Shown here: in pieces, positions 19,642-29,639 of the stretch | How positions within the stretch are numbered: the first letter of the stretch is position 1 | Layout of the letters: each line of letters starts with the position of its first letter | Source: Gemmatimonadota bacterium | GTDB lineage: Bacteria > Gemmatimonadota > Gemmatimonadetes > Gemmatimonadales > Gemmatimonadaceae | Direction of reading: 5' to 3' | Length of the DNA: 64,000 nt | NCBI GenBank assembly: GCA_040389905.1 | Contig: JAZJZK010000020.1 | Coordinates: 64,001 to 128,000 of the forward strand | Notes under the pieces: model-generated | The model's database searches: none | Seen by the model: the letters and a program-made list of their open reading frames with translations, nothing else | What the model was told of the DNA's origin: nothing | Position numbers and translations under genes: made by a program

Positions 19642-20132
19642 ACCGCGCTTCCGGCGCGAAAGAGTGCATCGCGAATCTCGGCGGACAAGAGCGTGCTTAC
19701 GTCGACCCGCTGAACGACGCCTTCCGGCGTCGTCAACACGGGGCCGAGGTACGCCGCTCCGTCCGTCGCCACGCCGGGATTGACGAAAGTAGACGGATCC
19801 ACGCGCAACGTGCCTGTGGCCGCGGGAACGAGGAGGCCAAGCAAGCAACTGCGACCCAACTCGGACTCGCGAGCGAGCGCGTCGGGCGTCCAGCGCACGA
19901 TGACGATTCGCGTCGCAAGGCGCGCCGGCGTCGCCTTGCCGAGTGCAAGCAGGTTGAGGTCGACAATCGGAATGGCGTCATCGCGATAGTTCATCACGCC
20001 GGCAATGCCGGCAGGTGCTCCGGGCAGCACCTTGAGACGCACGAGCGGAACGACCTCCTCCACCACCGACGACTCGATGGCATAGCGATCCTCGCCGAGA
20101 CGGATCACCAGAAAGAGAAGGTCTGCCGCCAC
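19638..20132 (-). CDS. wspB: CheW-like adaptor WspB
   Basis: RYAI...VEEVVP...IAGVMNYR...PIVDL, AYLGPV; operon position. Confidence 0.87.
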   Translation of the reverse strand: MAADLLFLVIRLGEDRYAIESSVVEEVVPLVRLKVLPGAPAGIAGVMNYRDDAIPIVDLNLLALGKATPARLATRIVIVRWTPDALARESELGRSCLLGLLVPAATGTLRVDPSTFVNPGVATDGAAYLGPVLTTPEGVVQRVDVSTLLSAEIRDALFRAGSAV

Positions 20133-20137
20133 CCGCG

Positions 20138-21745
20138 TCAGCCGGCCAGGGTGAAGCGCGAGACTCCGCTCTGCAGCCCGCGCGCCGCGTCATTGAGCTG
20201 CTCGATGGCCATGTTCGACTGCCGCAGCGAATCAGCGGTTTGCTGCGCGGCGACGCTGAGCTGCGCCAGCGCATCGCTGATTTGCTGCGCACTGATCGAT
20301 TGCGATTGCACACCCTCGTTCACCGCGTCGAAGCTCGGCGTAAGTGTCTGCACCTGGTCGATGATCTCGGAGAGCTGCGTCGTCACTTGCCCGACCGCCT
20401 CACCGCCGCGACGCACTTCCTCGGAGAACTTGTCCATGCCCATGACGCCGGCCGACACGGCGGATTGCATCTCCTTGACGAGCTGCTCGATGTCGAAGGT
20501 GGCGACCGCGGTCTGGTCGGCGAGGCGTCGGATCTCGCGCGCGACTACGGCAAAGCCGCGCCCATGCTCGCCCGCCTTTTCCGCTTCGATCGCCGCATTG
20601 AGCGAGAGCAGGTTCGTCTGGTCGGCAACCTTGTTGATCGTCGTCACGACCATGCCGATGTTCGCGGCTTTCTCGCTCAACAGCGCGAGTCGTGAGTTGA
20701 TCAGGTTGGAGGCTTCGCCGATCTGGTGCATCGAGGTCTCCATGCGCTGGAGACTGCCCTGCCCGCTCAACGCGAGCGCCGACGTCTGCGTCGCGACCTC
20801 GGATACTTCCTCGACAGTCCGCGCCAGCTCTTTCGATGTCGCGGAGATGCGCGATGCCGTCGCACCCACTTCCGACGTCGTCGCAGCGATCTCGGTCGCC
20901 GTTGCCTGCTGCTGTTTCGAGGTGGCCGCGATTTCCGTCGCCGAGCTGTTCACCTGAATGCCGGATTGTTGTACCTGCCCAATGAGCGAGGTGAGGTCGT
21001 CTGCCATCCGGTTGATGCCTTCGCCGAGTGTTCCCAGCTCATCGCGCCGCACGATCCTTACCCGCTGCCGGAAATCACCCGCACTCATGACCTGTGCCAC
21101 CGACATCAGGCGGTCGAGGCTATCCTGAATGAGCTTCGTGAGACGCCACGCACAGAGCGCTGCGACGATCGTGGCGATGACCAGCGCGATGATCAGCGTG
21201 GTAATCGCACTATTGACGAGCCCCACGATGGCCTCGGCATCGCGCACACCCGCCGCCCGGTTCATGGTGACGAGCGTATCCGTGTGCGCGATGTATTTCT
21301 CGATCAGCGGGCGAAGCTGGGTGGCCTCCGCATCCGTGATCGCGTTGTCGCCCGCGGCGGCGCGATACCGCTCCACGAACTGCAGACGCGTACTCCGTGC
21401 GAGCTCGAACTGCCGCCGGTCTTCCTCGGTGGTGATCGACAACATGTACGTCGAATCGTGGTGCGTTGCTTCGCTGAACACGCGCTCGATGGCGTCGGCG
21501 GCTTTCTGCTTCGTGACGGGGTCCGTCGCGGTGACGCGCGTCATGATCGCAGGCAGCAGATCCTTCGCGAGCGAATTCACCTGGCCCGAGATGAGAATGC
21601 CCGGGAGGACATCGACCTCGATGACCTTCGCGTCGTCCCGAATGTCCCGCAACCGAAGGAAAGTCACTCCGCCGACGGCCACCATGATCAGGATGACGGC
21701 GGAGAACGCGCTGATGATCAGCGTTCGGACGGACCAATTCTTCAT
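20138..21745 (-). CDS. wspA: Methyl-accepting chemotaxis protein WspA
   Basis: MKNWSVR start, 2 TM, HAMP (RRDELG), QTNLLSLNAAIEAEKAGEHGRGFAVVAREIRRLADQT. Confidence 0.92.
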   Translation of the reverse strand: MKNWSVRTLIISAFSAVILIMVAVGGVTFLRLRDIRDDAKVIEVDVLPGILISGQVNSLAKDLLPAIMTRVTATDPVTKQKAADAIERVFSEATHHDSTYMLSITTEEDRRQFELARSTRLQFVERYRAAAGDNAITDAEATQLRPLIEKYIAHTDTLVTMNRAAGVRDAEAIVGLVNSAITTLIIALVIATIVAALCAWRLTKLIQDSLDRLMSVAQVMSAGDFRQRVRIVRRDELGTLGEGINRMADDLTSLIGQVQQSGIQVNSSATEIAATSKQQQATATEIAATTSEVGATASRISATSKELARTVEEVSEVATQTSALALSGQGSLQRMETSMHQIGEASNLINSRLALLSEKAANIGMVVTTINKVADQTNLLSLNAAIEAEKAGEHGRGFAVVAREIRRLADQTAVATFDIEQLVKEMQSAVSAGVMGMDKFSEEVRRGGEAVGQVTTQLSEIIDQVQTLTPSFDAVNEGVQSQSISAQQISDALAQLSVAAQQTADSLRQSNMAIEQLNDAARGLQSGVSRFTLAG

Positions 21746-21773
21746 ACGGGAGGCAGGTGACGGGATGGAGGAA

Positions 21774-21875
21774 ACAGGTGACAGGGGTCAGGAGACAGGA
21801 ACTGCGATGCGTCTTTACTCCGAGACAGTGCCGCTGTTGCCGTTACCTGTCCCCTGCCCCTGACCCCTGTCCCCT
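21774..21875. repeat. Inverted arrays of short heptamer-like repeats (acagg.. / ..cctgt)
   Basis: acaggtgacaggggtcaggagacagga faces cctgtcccctgcccctgacccctgtcccct; a similar tract occurs near 61450-61467. Confidence 0.65.
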
Positions 21876-24324
21876 AGCCTGCTAATACAGTCTCGGCAAC
21901 ATCTGGTGTTGGCGCCACATCCCATTCGTTACCGCACTTGAGACACTTCCGGAAGTCTCCACGCGCCTTCGTGAATTTCATTTCGGCGCCCACGTAACCG
22001 CATTCCGGACAGGTTTCCGCGACCGGCTTGTTCCACGCGACGAAGTCACATGTCTCGTTGGAACAAGCGTAAAAGGCCGTACCACGCTTCTTGGAACGGC
22101 GTTCGACGAGCTCACCACCATCCTTGGGGCAGAAGACGCCCGTCGGCATCGAACGTGTGCCGCGGCACTTCGGGAACGTGCTGCAGCCGAGGAACTCACC
22201 GCTGCGGCCGGAGCGCACGACCATCGGCTCACCGCAGAGATGACAGGGAATGTCCGTCATCTTCGGCTTGGCCTTTTCGCCCTTGAGCGGCCGAGTGTAC
22301 GTGCAATTCTTCGGGTGGTTCTCGCAGGCGAGGAAAGGCCCGAAGAAGCCACCGCGTGGCTCGAGCTTCCCGCCGTCGAGCGGGCAGCGCTCATTCACCA
22401 GCGCGGAGAGATCGTGCGCCACGGCGATGAGGGCACCGAACTGGATATTCTTGAGCGACTTGTCGAATGGTCCCCAGAAATCCGCGAGTACGGCACGCCA
22501 TCCCATTTCCCCCTCTTCCACCTTGTCGAGCTCCAACTCCATGCCGGAGGTAAAGTCGACGTTGAAGATGTCAGGGAACTGCTTGACCATCACCTTCTCG
22601 ACCGTCTCGCCAAGCTCCGTCGGGAAGAAGCGCCGTTGTTCGAGGTTCACGTATCGGCGATCGGCAAGAACGCTGATGATGCTCGCGTACGTGGACGGGC
22701 GGCCGATGCCGAGGCGCTCCAGCTCCTTCACGAGACTCGCTTCCGAAAAGCGCGGAGGCGGTTCGGTGAAGTGCTGGTCCGGCGTAATCGCGTGGACAGG
22801 GATGTTCTCCCCCACCTCGATCACCGGCAACTCGTTCTCGTCCTCCAGCGCTTTCGAATCTCCTTCTTCGCGCGCTTCACGATACAACGCGAGGAAGCCC
22901 TGGAACTTGATGATGCTGCCCGTCGAGCGAAACAGGTACGAGCGGCGTCCGATGTTCGGCTGCTCCTTCGCCGGAATATCGAAATCCACGGTGGTCGTAT
23001 CGAACACCGCGGGCGCCATTTGCGAACCCATGAAGCGCTGCCAGATGAGCTGATACAGCTTGTACTGGTCGGGGCTCAGGTACTTGCGAATGTCATCCGG
23101 TCGGCGCGTAGGGTCCGTGGGACGAACACTCTCGTGCGCGTCCTGGGTGTTCTTCGCCTTGCCGTCCCCATAGAGCTGCATCTTGTCGGCGAGGAACTCC
23201 TTGCCGAACAGCGTCCGCAGGTATTCTCGCGCCGTCGTCGCCGCACTCTCCGCCACGCGTGTGGAATCGGTACGCATGTAGGTGATGAGACCGACCGCGC
23301 CCTCCGGCCCGATGTCGATGCCCTCGTAGAGATCCTGCGCCACGCGCATCGTCCGCTTGGAACCGAACGACAGCTTCTTCGCCGCTTCCTGCTGCAGCGT
23401 GGACGTCGTGAAGGGCGCCGACGGATTCTTGCGGCGCTCGCGACGCTTGACCTCGGTGACTTCGAAGGTCTTCTTGCCCTCGAGATCACCGAGAATGCGG
23501 TTCGCCTCGCTCTCGTTGTGGATCTCCGCCTTCTTCCCGTCGATCTGGTGCAGCTTCGCCGTGAAGCGCTGGCCAGCCTTCTCCAGCAAGGCCTCGATCG
23601 ACCAATACTCGACGGGCGTGAATGCACGGATTTCCCGCTCGCGCTCCACGATCAGCCGCAGCGCAACGGTCTGCACGCGCCCCGCCGAAATGCCTTTCTT
23701 CACCGTCTTCCAGAGCACCGGGCTCGCCTTGTACCCCACGAGGCGGTCGAGCACGCGCCGCGCCTGCTGCGCTTCCACCTTGCGATCGTCGATCTCGCCA
23801 GCCTGCGCAATCGCGAGCTGGACGGCGTCCTTCGTGATCTCGTGAAAGAGCACGCGCCGCACCGGAATGCTGGAGACACCGCGCTTCGGCTTGATCTGCT
23901 CGGCCACATGCCAGGCGATGGCTTCCCCTTCGCGATCAGGATCGGTCGCGATGAAGACTTCTTTCGAGTTCTTCGCGGCCGTCTTCAGGTCGGCAATCGT
24001 CTTTTCCTTGCCAGGAATCGGCACGAGATCCGGCTCGAAGCCATGGTCGATGTCGATGCCGAGCTTCTTCTCCGGGAGGTCCATGATGTGGCCGACCGTT
24101 GCCTTCACGCGGTAGGCGCGGCCAAGGTACTTCCCGATGGTTTTGGCCTTTGCCGGCGACTCGACGATGACGAGCGACGTCGTCCCCGCCGGTTCATCCG
24201 GATACACCTCTTCTACCAACGACGCCTTCCGGCGACCAGTGGTCTTCTTCGCTGCGGTCTTCTTCACACCGGTGGCGGACTTCTTCGCCACCGTGCGTTT
24301 GGTCGTGGCTTTCTTGGCTGCCAT
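21874..24324 (-). CDS. topA: DNA topoisomerase I with C-terminal zinc ribbons
   Basis: LVIVESPAKAKTI, ATDPDREGEAI, SAGRVQ, ITYMRTDS, GIGRPSTY, C4 zinc fingers; Lys/Ala-rich N-terminal extension. Confidence 0.98.
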   Translation of the reverse strand: MAAKKATTKRTVAKKSATGVKKTAAKKTTGRRKASLVEEVYPDEPAGTTSLVIVESPAKAKTIGKYLGRAYRVKATVGHIMDLPEKKLGIDIDHGFEPDLVPIPGKEKTIADLKTAAKNSKEVFIATDPDREGEAIAWHVAEQIKPKRGVSSIPVRRVLFHEITKDAVQLAIAQAGEIDDRKVEAQQARRVLDRLVGYKASPVLWKTVKKGISAGRVQTVALRLIVEREREIRAFTPVEYWSIEALLEKAGQRFTAKLHQIDGKKAEIHNESEANRILGDLEGKKTFEVTEVKRRERRKNPSAPFTTSTLQQEAAKKLSFGSKRTMRVAQDLYEGIDIGPEGAVGLITYMRTDSTRVAESAATTAREYLRTLFGKEFLADKMQLYGDGKAKNTQDAHESVRPTDPTRRPDDIRKYLSPDQYKLYQLIWQRFMGSQMAPAVFDTTTVDFDIPAKEQPNIGRRSYLFRSTGSIIKFQGFLALYREAREEGDSKALEDENELPVIEVGENIPVHAITPDQHFTEPPPRFSEASLVKELERLGIGRPSTYASIISVLADRRYVNLEQRRFFPTELGETVEKVMVKQFPDIFNVDFTSGMELELDKVEEGEMGWRAVLADFWGPFDKSLKNIQFGALIAVAHDLSALVNERCPLDGGKLEPRGGFFGPFLACENHPKNCTYTRPLKGEKAKPKMTDIPCHLCGEPMVVRSGRSGEFLGCSTFPKCRGTRSMPTGVFCPKDGGELVERRSKKRGTAFYACSNETCDFVAWNKPVAETCPECGYVGAEMKFTKARGDFRKCLKCGNEWDVAPTPDVAETVLAG

Positions 24325-24328
24325 GTTC

Positions 24329-24574
24329 CTAGTGAACGGTCTGAGTATCCGTCGCAGAGCCGGGATCGTCGAATCCGGCACCTTCCATCATCGAGCGCAG
24401 GTCGTCGAGCGCAATGCGTCCGTCAAACTGAAGCATTGCGCGCTCGATCACCTGCTCGAGCTCCGCGGGGTTGAGTGCCCCGGCACCGGCGAGTGCGAGC
24501 AGATGCCCCCAGGCTTCGGTGGCAAATCGGCCCCTCTCATGCGGTCCAAGAACACGTATCGTCATGTTTCTCAT
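24329..24574 (-). CDS. Short Smg/DUF494-like protein
   Basis: IRVLGPHE...EAWGHLL...LNPAELEQVIERAM...H resembles the C-terminal half of Smg; directly upstream of topA. Confidence 0.65.
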   Translation of the reverse strand: MRNMTIRVLGPHERGRFATEAWGHLLALAGAGALNPAELEQVIERAMLQFDGRIALDDLRSMMEGAGFDDPGSATDTQTVH

Positions 24575-24580
24575 ACTTTC

Positions 24581-24676
24581 GGCTATCAGCTATCAGCTAT
24601 CGGCAGTGTCAGCAATCCACTATACCCGCGAGAACGATCAGGTATCCTATGGCTGATCGCCGACAGCCGATAGCTG
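24581..24676. repeat. Inverted heptamer arrays (gctatca)n / (gctgatc-ccgatag)n
   Basis: ggctatcagctatcagctatcggc faces ggctgatcgccgacagccgatagctg. Confidence 0.7.
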
Positions 24677-24723
24677 CCATTAATCGCTCTAAGGTAGTAG
24701 GCGAGTCAACCGCAGGTGGGGAA

Positions 24724-25299
24724 TTAACGGCTATTCAGCACCGCGATGGCTTCCAATTCCGCCGCGATCATGTCCGTAACCCGTTGTGGATCAAGACGTT
24801 CCACATCGACAATCAAGTCAGCCGATTCATACGCCGACTTGCGCGCTGCCAGGAGCCGTTCCAGCTCCCCTCTCGGATCCGGGCGCATCAGCAGCGGGCG
24901 GCTCACGGTGCCGTGACCCATCCACTTCAGTGCGGTTGCCGGGGTCGTCCGGAGGTAGACCAGCACCGCGGGCGGCCGAATCAGTGCCACCGTCGCCGCA
25001 ACGGTCATCCACCCACCGCCCGAGGACAGCACCATGTTCCCCATGTGCCGCAGTTCCGCGGTCAGCGCACGCTCGAGCTCCCGAAACTGGTGCTCGCCGC
25101 GCATGGCGAAGATTTCACTGACGCTCATTCCCTCGCGGCGCGATATCTCCTGGTCAAAGTCCAGGAACGCGCGCCCCAAGCGAGCCGCGAGGAGCGCGCC
25201 CACGGTCGTCTTTCCTGAGCCTGGGAGCCCCACCAGGATGATGTGCGGCTTCGAGGGGTCAGCCGCCAACGCGGGCCGCGAGGTGCGTAAGGTAGCCAT
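24724..25299 (-). CDS. aroK: Shikimate kinase
   Basis: LVGLPGSGKTTVG, GEHQFRELE, SGGG, RPLL; start uncertain because it overlaps the aroC 3' end. Confidence 0.93.
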   Translation of the reverse strand: MATLRTSRPALAADPSKPHIILVGLPGSGKTTVGALLAARLGRAFLDFDQEISRREGMSVSEIFAMRGEHQFRELERALTAELRHMGNMVLSSGGGWMTVAATVALIRPPAVLVYLRTTPATALKWMGHGTVSRPLLMRPDPRGELERLLAARKSAYESADLIVDVERLDPQRVTDMIAAELEAIAVLNSR

Positions 25300-26455
25300 C
25301 AAGGTTGCGCTGTACCTCCAGCAGGGAGTCGCCGCCGAACTTCTCCAACACGGCACTACCTAGCACAAGCGCTGCCATCGCCTCCGCAATCACCCCCATA
25401 GCCGGTACAGCGGTCACATCACTGCGCTCGGCGACGGCCTTTGCGGCCTCTCCCGTTTTGACGTCAACCGTGCCCAGCGGGCGCATCAGCGTACTGATCG
25501 GTTTCATTGCGACGCGCACCACAAGGGGTTCTCCCGTGGTCATGCCGCCTTCCAGGCCACCCGCGCGATTTGTCGCGCGGCGCACGTTTCCCGCGCGCGT
25601 CCGCCCCGGCGCCGGTTCGATCTCGTCGTGCACGTCGGCGCCAGTGACGCGTGCCGCCTGAAAACCCATCCCGATCTCGACGCCCTTCACGGCGGGAATC
25701 GACATCATCGCGGCGCCGAGGCGTCCATCCAGCTTGCGGTCCCATGAGACATGTGAGCCCAACCCCACCGGCAAACCCGTGACGACGACCTCGCAGACAC
25801 CGCCGAGCGTGTTGCCCTCCTTCTTTGCCGCATCGATACGCGTGATCATCTCACGCTCGGCATCGGGGTCGAGGGTTCTCAGCTGCGATTCGTCGGAGAC
25901 GGCGTTGATGTCGGTGGGCAATTCGTCCGGCCTTCGCGCATCGACGCCGCCGAGGTGAACGAGATGGCTGCCGATCGACACGCCGAGTTGTGCCAGGAAC
26001 TGGCGGGCGATTGCCGCCGCGGCCACTCTCGCCGTCGTCTCGCGTGCCGAGGCGCGTTCGAGAATGTCGCGGGCGTCGTCACGGTCGTACTTGAGAATGC
26101 CTGTGAGATCGGCGTGACCAGGCCGAACGCGCGTCACGGCGCGCTTTCGCGGCGCTCCGTCTGCATCACCCTCGCGCGGCGCGGGATCCATGATCTCCTG
26201 CCAGTTCGCCCAATCCCGGTTCCGAACCAGCATGGCGATGGGGCTTCCGATCGTCTCACCAGCGCGAACACCAGAAAGAAACTCCACCGTATCCCGCTCG
26301 ATTTGCATTCGGCGCCCGCGACCGTACCCCTGCTGGCGGCGGGCAAGTTCAGTGTCGACGTGCGACGCGAGGAGTGGCAGACCGGCCGGCATGCCCTCGA
26401 GAATGCTGACGAGTGCCTGACCGTGTGATTCGCCGGCGGTGGTGAAACGGAGCAT
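25259..26455 (-). CDS. aroC: Chorismate synthase
   Basis: MLRFTTAGESHG, RPGHAD, ERASARET, GGLEGG, MKPIST, ERSD. Confidence 0.98.
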   Translation of the reverse strand: MLRFTTAGESHGQALVSILEGMPAGLPLLASHVDTELARRQQGYGRGRRMQIERDTVEFLSGVRAGETIGSPIAMLVRNRDWANWQEIMDPAPREGDADGAPRKRAVTRVRPGHADLTGILKYDRDDARDILERASARETTARVAAAAIARQFLAQLGVSIGSHLVHLGGVDARRPDELPTDINAVSDESQLRTLDPDAEREMITRIDAAKKEGNTLGGVCEVVVTGLPVGLGSHVSWDRKLDGRLGAAMMSIPAVKGVEIGMGFQAARVTGADVHDEIEPAPGRTRAGNVRRATNRAGGLEGGMTTGEPLVVRVAMKPISTLMRPLGTVDVKTGEAAKAVAERSDVTAVPAMGVIAEAMAALVLGSAVLEKFGGDSLLEVQRNLDGYLTHLAARVGG

Positions 26456-26492
26456 GGATTGTTCGGATTTGAATGCGGAAAGCATCTGACAG

Positions 26493-26633
26493 TGAAGCCG
26501 ATTGGACGGATTGAACGGATTCGGCTGATTATTTGTCACCCCGAGCGAGCAACGCGAGTCGAGGGGTCTGCACCTCACGCTGTTCAAGAAAAAGCGTTTG
26601 TGGCGGTCGCGCAATCCGCGTTCATTCCGTTCA
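26493..26633. repeat. Composite intergenic palindrome: (acggatt)-type arms with a nested REP-like half unit
   Basis: gattggacggattgaacggatt ... aatccgcgttcattccgttca surround tgtcaccccgagcgagcaacgcgagtcgaggggtctgcac. Confidence 0.55.
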
Positions 26634-26711
26634 CGTTGTTGAGCCACGATACACGCGAGCCCGGCCAATTGCTTGACCGGGCTCGCGAACAATTGTCGAG
26701 AACTCAGGTCG

Positions 26712-29621
26712 TCACGGGCCCTTCAGAACATCCGAGGCCGTCACGTCGATGACCACGAGACCCTTCGGCGAAAGCCCAAAGAGCTTGAACACCACGTTCG
26801 CGGGATCGCCGGGGAATGGCAGCGTCGCTCGAACGGGTCCGTACAGGTTGAACTTCGTCGCAAGCGATCCGCGGGTGAAGTCGTAGTAGCCGATATCGAC
26901 TGCTTCGATCGATCCGTTCGCCGAGGCAACGAACGCGAGTCGCGAGGCCTCCGGAGTGGCTACTCCGTTCGCGTTGGGATGGAAGGCAATCCCCGCGCCC
27001 TGTGCGAACGTGGACTTCTTGCCCTGCAATCGTTGCGTAAACGGCTTGTCGACGCGAGAAAACGCCGTTTCAGTACCGTGGACACCCAGCGTTATTCCTG
27101 TCTTGTCGAGCGCCACACCGAATATCTGATCCGATTGGTTGGTCATCAGATCGACAATGTTCAACGAGGGGGACGCGTAGGTGTATCTCCCGGCGACGGT
27201 GCCATCGTCCTGCAGCAGGAAGTTACGCGCGACGGGAGCCTTGTTGCCCTCTCCGAAGGTGATCCAATTTCCGTCTCCGCTGGCGGCGGAATACGTCGTG
27301 TCGGTCACGCCCAGCGAGTTGAAGTCGATGTTGTTTGCGATTTCGATGTCCGTCTCCGGCAACTGCAACTTGAACAACGCGACGATGGTCTGGATGCTCG
27401 CCGTGTCGCGCACGACACCGGCGGTATCAGGGGAGATGCCGTACAGCGCCTCGAGCTCGCGGCTCGTGAAGCAGACCTGGTCTTGCTTCGTCCCTGTCGG
27501 GTGATCGCACAACACCAGGAGATCGCTCTCCGTGCTGCCCGGCGGCGCCGGGAAGACGCGCGCATCGTCGAGATTGGCGAGTACCCATGAATTGGGATCG
27601 CTTCCAAGGAACGCGAAATCGAGGATGAAGCGTTCATCGGGCGCCGAGTCCGTGGGCTGCATGTAGCGGATCGTGCCCTGCGGGGCTTGTCCTGTCGGCC
27701 GCGTGGAGAAGTACAACCGGCCGGCCGCGCTCTGCTCCACATGTTGCGGACGATCCGAAAAGAGAAGATGCGGGCTGATCGTGCGACGAATCTTTCCTGT
27801 CGCCGCGTCGATGTTCTCGCTGAACTTGAAGAGATACGACGCGCGCGTCACGATGCGATGATCGAGATCTTCCTTCATCGACGCCGTCGGACCGCCGATG
27901 AACACCCGGCTGATGTTCGTACCGCCGGAGTTCGCCACGAACATCGTGTCCTTGTTCGGCGCAGTGCGCGAGAAGGCGATGCCCCAGGGCTGCGATCCGA
28001 CGATGATGCCGGTGGCATCGAAGTTCTTCGTGGGAGTGGTCCAGACCTCCAGGCGCCCGTAGTTGAGATTCGAGAGGAAGATGTTTCCGCGCGCTGCGTC
28101 GATCTGCATGTCCGCAATGATGCCGTCACGGTTGGGCGGCAGCGGAAACGTTCTGCCGTACACGACGAGTGCCGTGTCCGTAAACGCGTTTCCGAAAATG
28201 GTCTGCGGAATCGTCGTTCCTTCGGCGACGGAGAAGCCGATCCGCAGGTCCTTGTCATACGCGAAACTGCGCAACGTGATCTTCTTGCCCCGGGCGCTGA
28301 TGTCGAGATTGAGCGGGATCGTCACCACGGCCGTGGACGGCTGCGGCGTACCGAGCGCGACGCTGTCGCGCTTGATCTCATTATTGAGCGAATCGCGAAG
28401 GACGTACCCGACGAACCGGAGACCGTTGCCGAGCGCGGTGATGGTGATGGAATCAACGGTTTCGACACGCTTTTCGATCTTCTGAAAAACGCGAGGCGGG
28501 GGCAGCGTTCCCGCACGAATTGCCACGGTGGTTGGCGCCGATGCTCCGTCCTGCCCGCCACTGTTCGTCGAGATGGGCGTGACCGTCAGAACACCGCGAG
28601 GCGGTGCGTTGATCGGAATCGGGAGCGTGACCGAGAAGGTGACGTCCTTCGGCAGTTCCGAATACGTCTGAATGACGGTCGTGTCGATGGCCGTGGGGAA
28701 GCCCGGCTCGCTTTGAAGACGGAAGCCCAGCCGTGTGACGCCGGACAGGTCTTGCGCGCGCAAGGCGATCGTAAGGCCAGTGCCCGCCGTTGCACTGTCG
28801 CCCCGAACCGGCGCCAGCAACTGGACGCTCGGCCCACGGACCATCTTGATCGTCACGAGCGCCGTATCAACGCCGCCGAGGAAATCGCGCGCAATCGCCC
28901 TGACGACGAGCGAGTCCGTGAGTGTATCGATCGGTGCGAGCGGCTTGAGGTAACGGAAAATCGTCGTGTCGGTCACGCCCGCCGCAAAGGTGGCCGTAGC
29001 CGTCGGCGCACCGACCACCGGATAGCGAATGGTCGTGTCCTGCGTACCAAGGATAGCGCTGCCGCGGAGCGTATAGCCAAGGATCAGCAGGTTCCGAATC
29101 CCGGCGGGGTCCGTGAGCCTGACGGTGACCAGCAGTGAATCGCCGAGGTTGAGCTTGGCGGAGGGCAGCGGCGTCAGGATCTGGACGGACGGCGTCGCGA
29201 TGTTGACGGTGACAGAATCCGTAATTGTATTCGACGCTGCGTCGGTCACCGTTGTGCGAATGACGATGACGTCACCCTTCTTGATGCTCTTGAGCGGCAC
29301 GTCGATGGTGCGCGTCGTCGTCAGCACGGGCGTCTTGAAGCTCGCGGTATCCGTGCCGATGACCGAGGCACCGATACGCATCGTGGTCAACAGGCTGGCA
29401 ATGCCCTTGTTGTCCTTCGCCGTGAGCGTGACGGCGATCGGCGACCCGAGCGTCACGGAGTTGTTGATGGCGGCCGGAACGGCCAGCGTGACCTGCGGCT
29501 TTTCCACGTCATCCACCGAACTCGTGGATGCCTGGGTAGGCAATCGTGTGTCGCAACTACTTGCGATCACGACGCCTGCAATGAGCGCGGCGTACCGCGC
29601 GAGAGCCCGGGATTGCGTCAT
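26712..29621 (-). CDS. Large Thr-rich surface lipoprotein (probable tandem Ig-like domains plus beta-propeller)
   Basis: Lipobox IASSC, repeated PxVxxxxP...GDxxxxxxxAxDxxGI beta-sandwich-like units, propeller-like VGSQPWGIAF...FVANSGGTNISRV; directly downstream of pilQ. Confidence 0.75.
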   Translation of the reverse strand: MTQSRALARYAALIAGVVIASSCDTRLPTQASTSSVDDVEKPQVTLAVPAAINNSVTLGSPIAVTLTAKDNKGIASLLTTMRIGASVIGTDTASFKTPVLTTTRTIDVPLKSIKKGDVIVIRTTVTDAASNTITDSVTVNIATPSVQILTPLPSAKLNLGDSLLVTVRLTDPAGIRNLLILGYTLRGSAILGTQDTTIRYPVVGAPTATATFAAGVTDTTIFRYLKPLAPIDTLTDSLVVRAIARDFLGGVDTALVTIKMVRGPSVQLLAPVRGDSATAGTGLTIALRAQDLSGVTRLGFRLQSEPGFPTAIDTTVIQTYSELPKDVTFSVTLPIPINAPPRGVLTVTPISTNSGGQDGASAPTTVAIRAGTLPPPRVFQKIEKRVETVDSITITALGNGLRFVGYVLRDSLNNEIKRDSVALGTPQPSTAVVTIPLNLDISARGKKITLRSFAYDKDLRIGFSVAEGTTIPQTIFGNAFTDTALVVYGRTFPLPPNRDGIIADMQIDAARGNIFLSNLNYGRLEVWTTPTKNFDATGIIVGSQPWGIAFSRTAPNKDTMFVANSGGTNISRVFIGGPTASMKEDLDHRIVTRASYLFKFSENIDAATGKIRRTISPHLLFSDRPQHVEQSAAGRLYFSTRPTGQAPQGTIRYMQPTDSAPDERFILDFAFLGSDPNSWVLANLDDARVFPAPPGSTESDLLVLCDHPTGTKQDQVCFTSRELEALYGISPDTAGVVRDTASIQTIVALFKLQLPETDIEIANNIDFNSLGVTDTTYSAASGDGNWITFGEGNKAPVARNFLLQDDGTVAGRYTYASPSLNIVDLMTNQSDQIFGVALDKTGITLGVHGTETAFSRVDKPFTQRLQGKKSTFAQGAGIAFHPNANGVATPEASRLAFVASANGSIEAVDIGYYDFTRGSLATKFNLYGPVRATLPFPGDPANVVFKLFGLSPKGLVVIDVTASDVLKGP

Positions 29622-29639
29622 ATATCTCCAGCGGTGCGG

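Noticed and set aside
22240..24474. Long antisense or alternative-frame ORFs (744 aa here; also 30132-31916, 27687-29138, 16218-17678)
   Set aside because: Shadow ORFs of high-GC genes with no recognisable motifs, lying opposite well-supported CDSs
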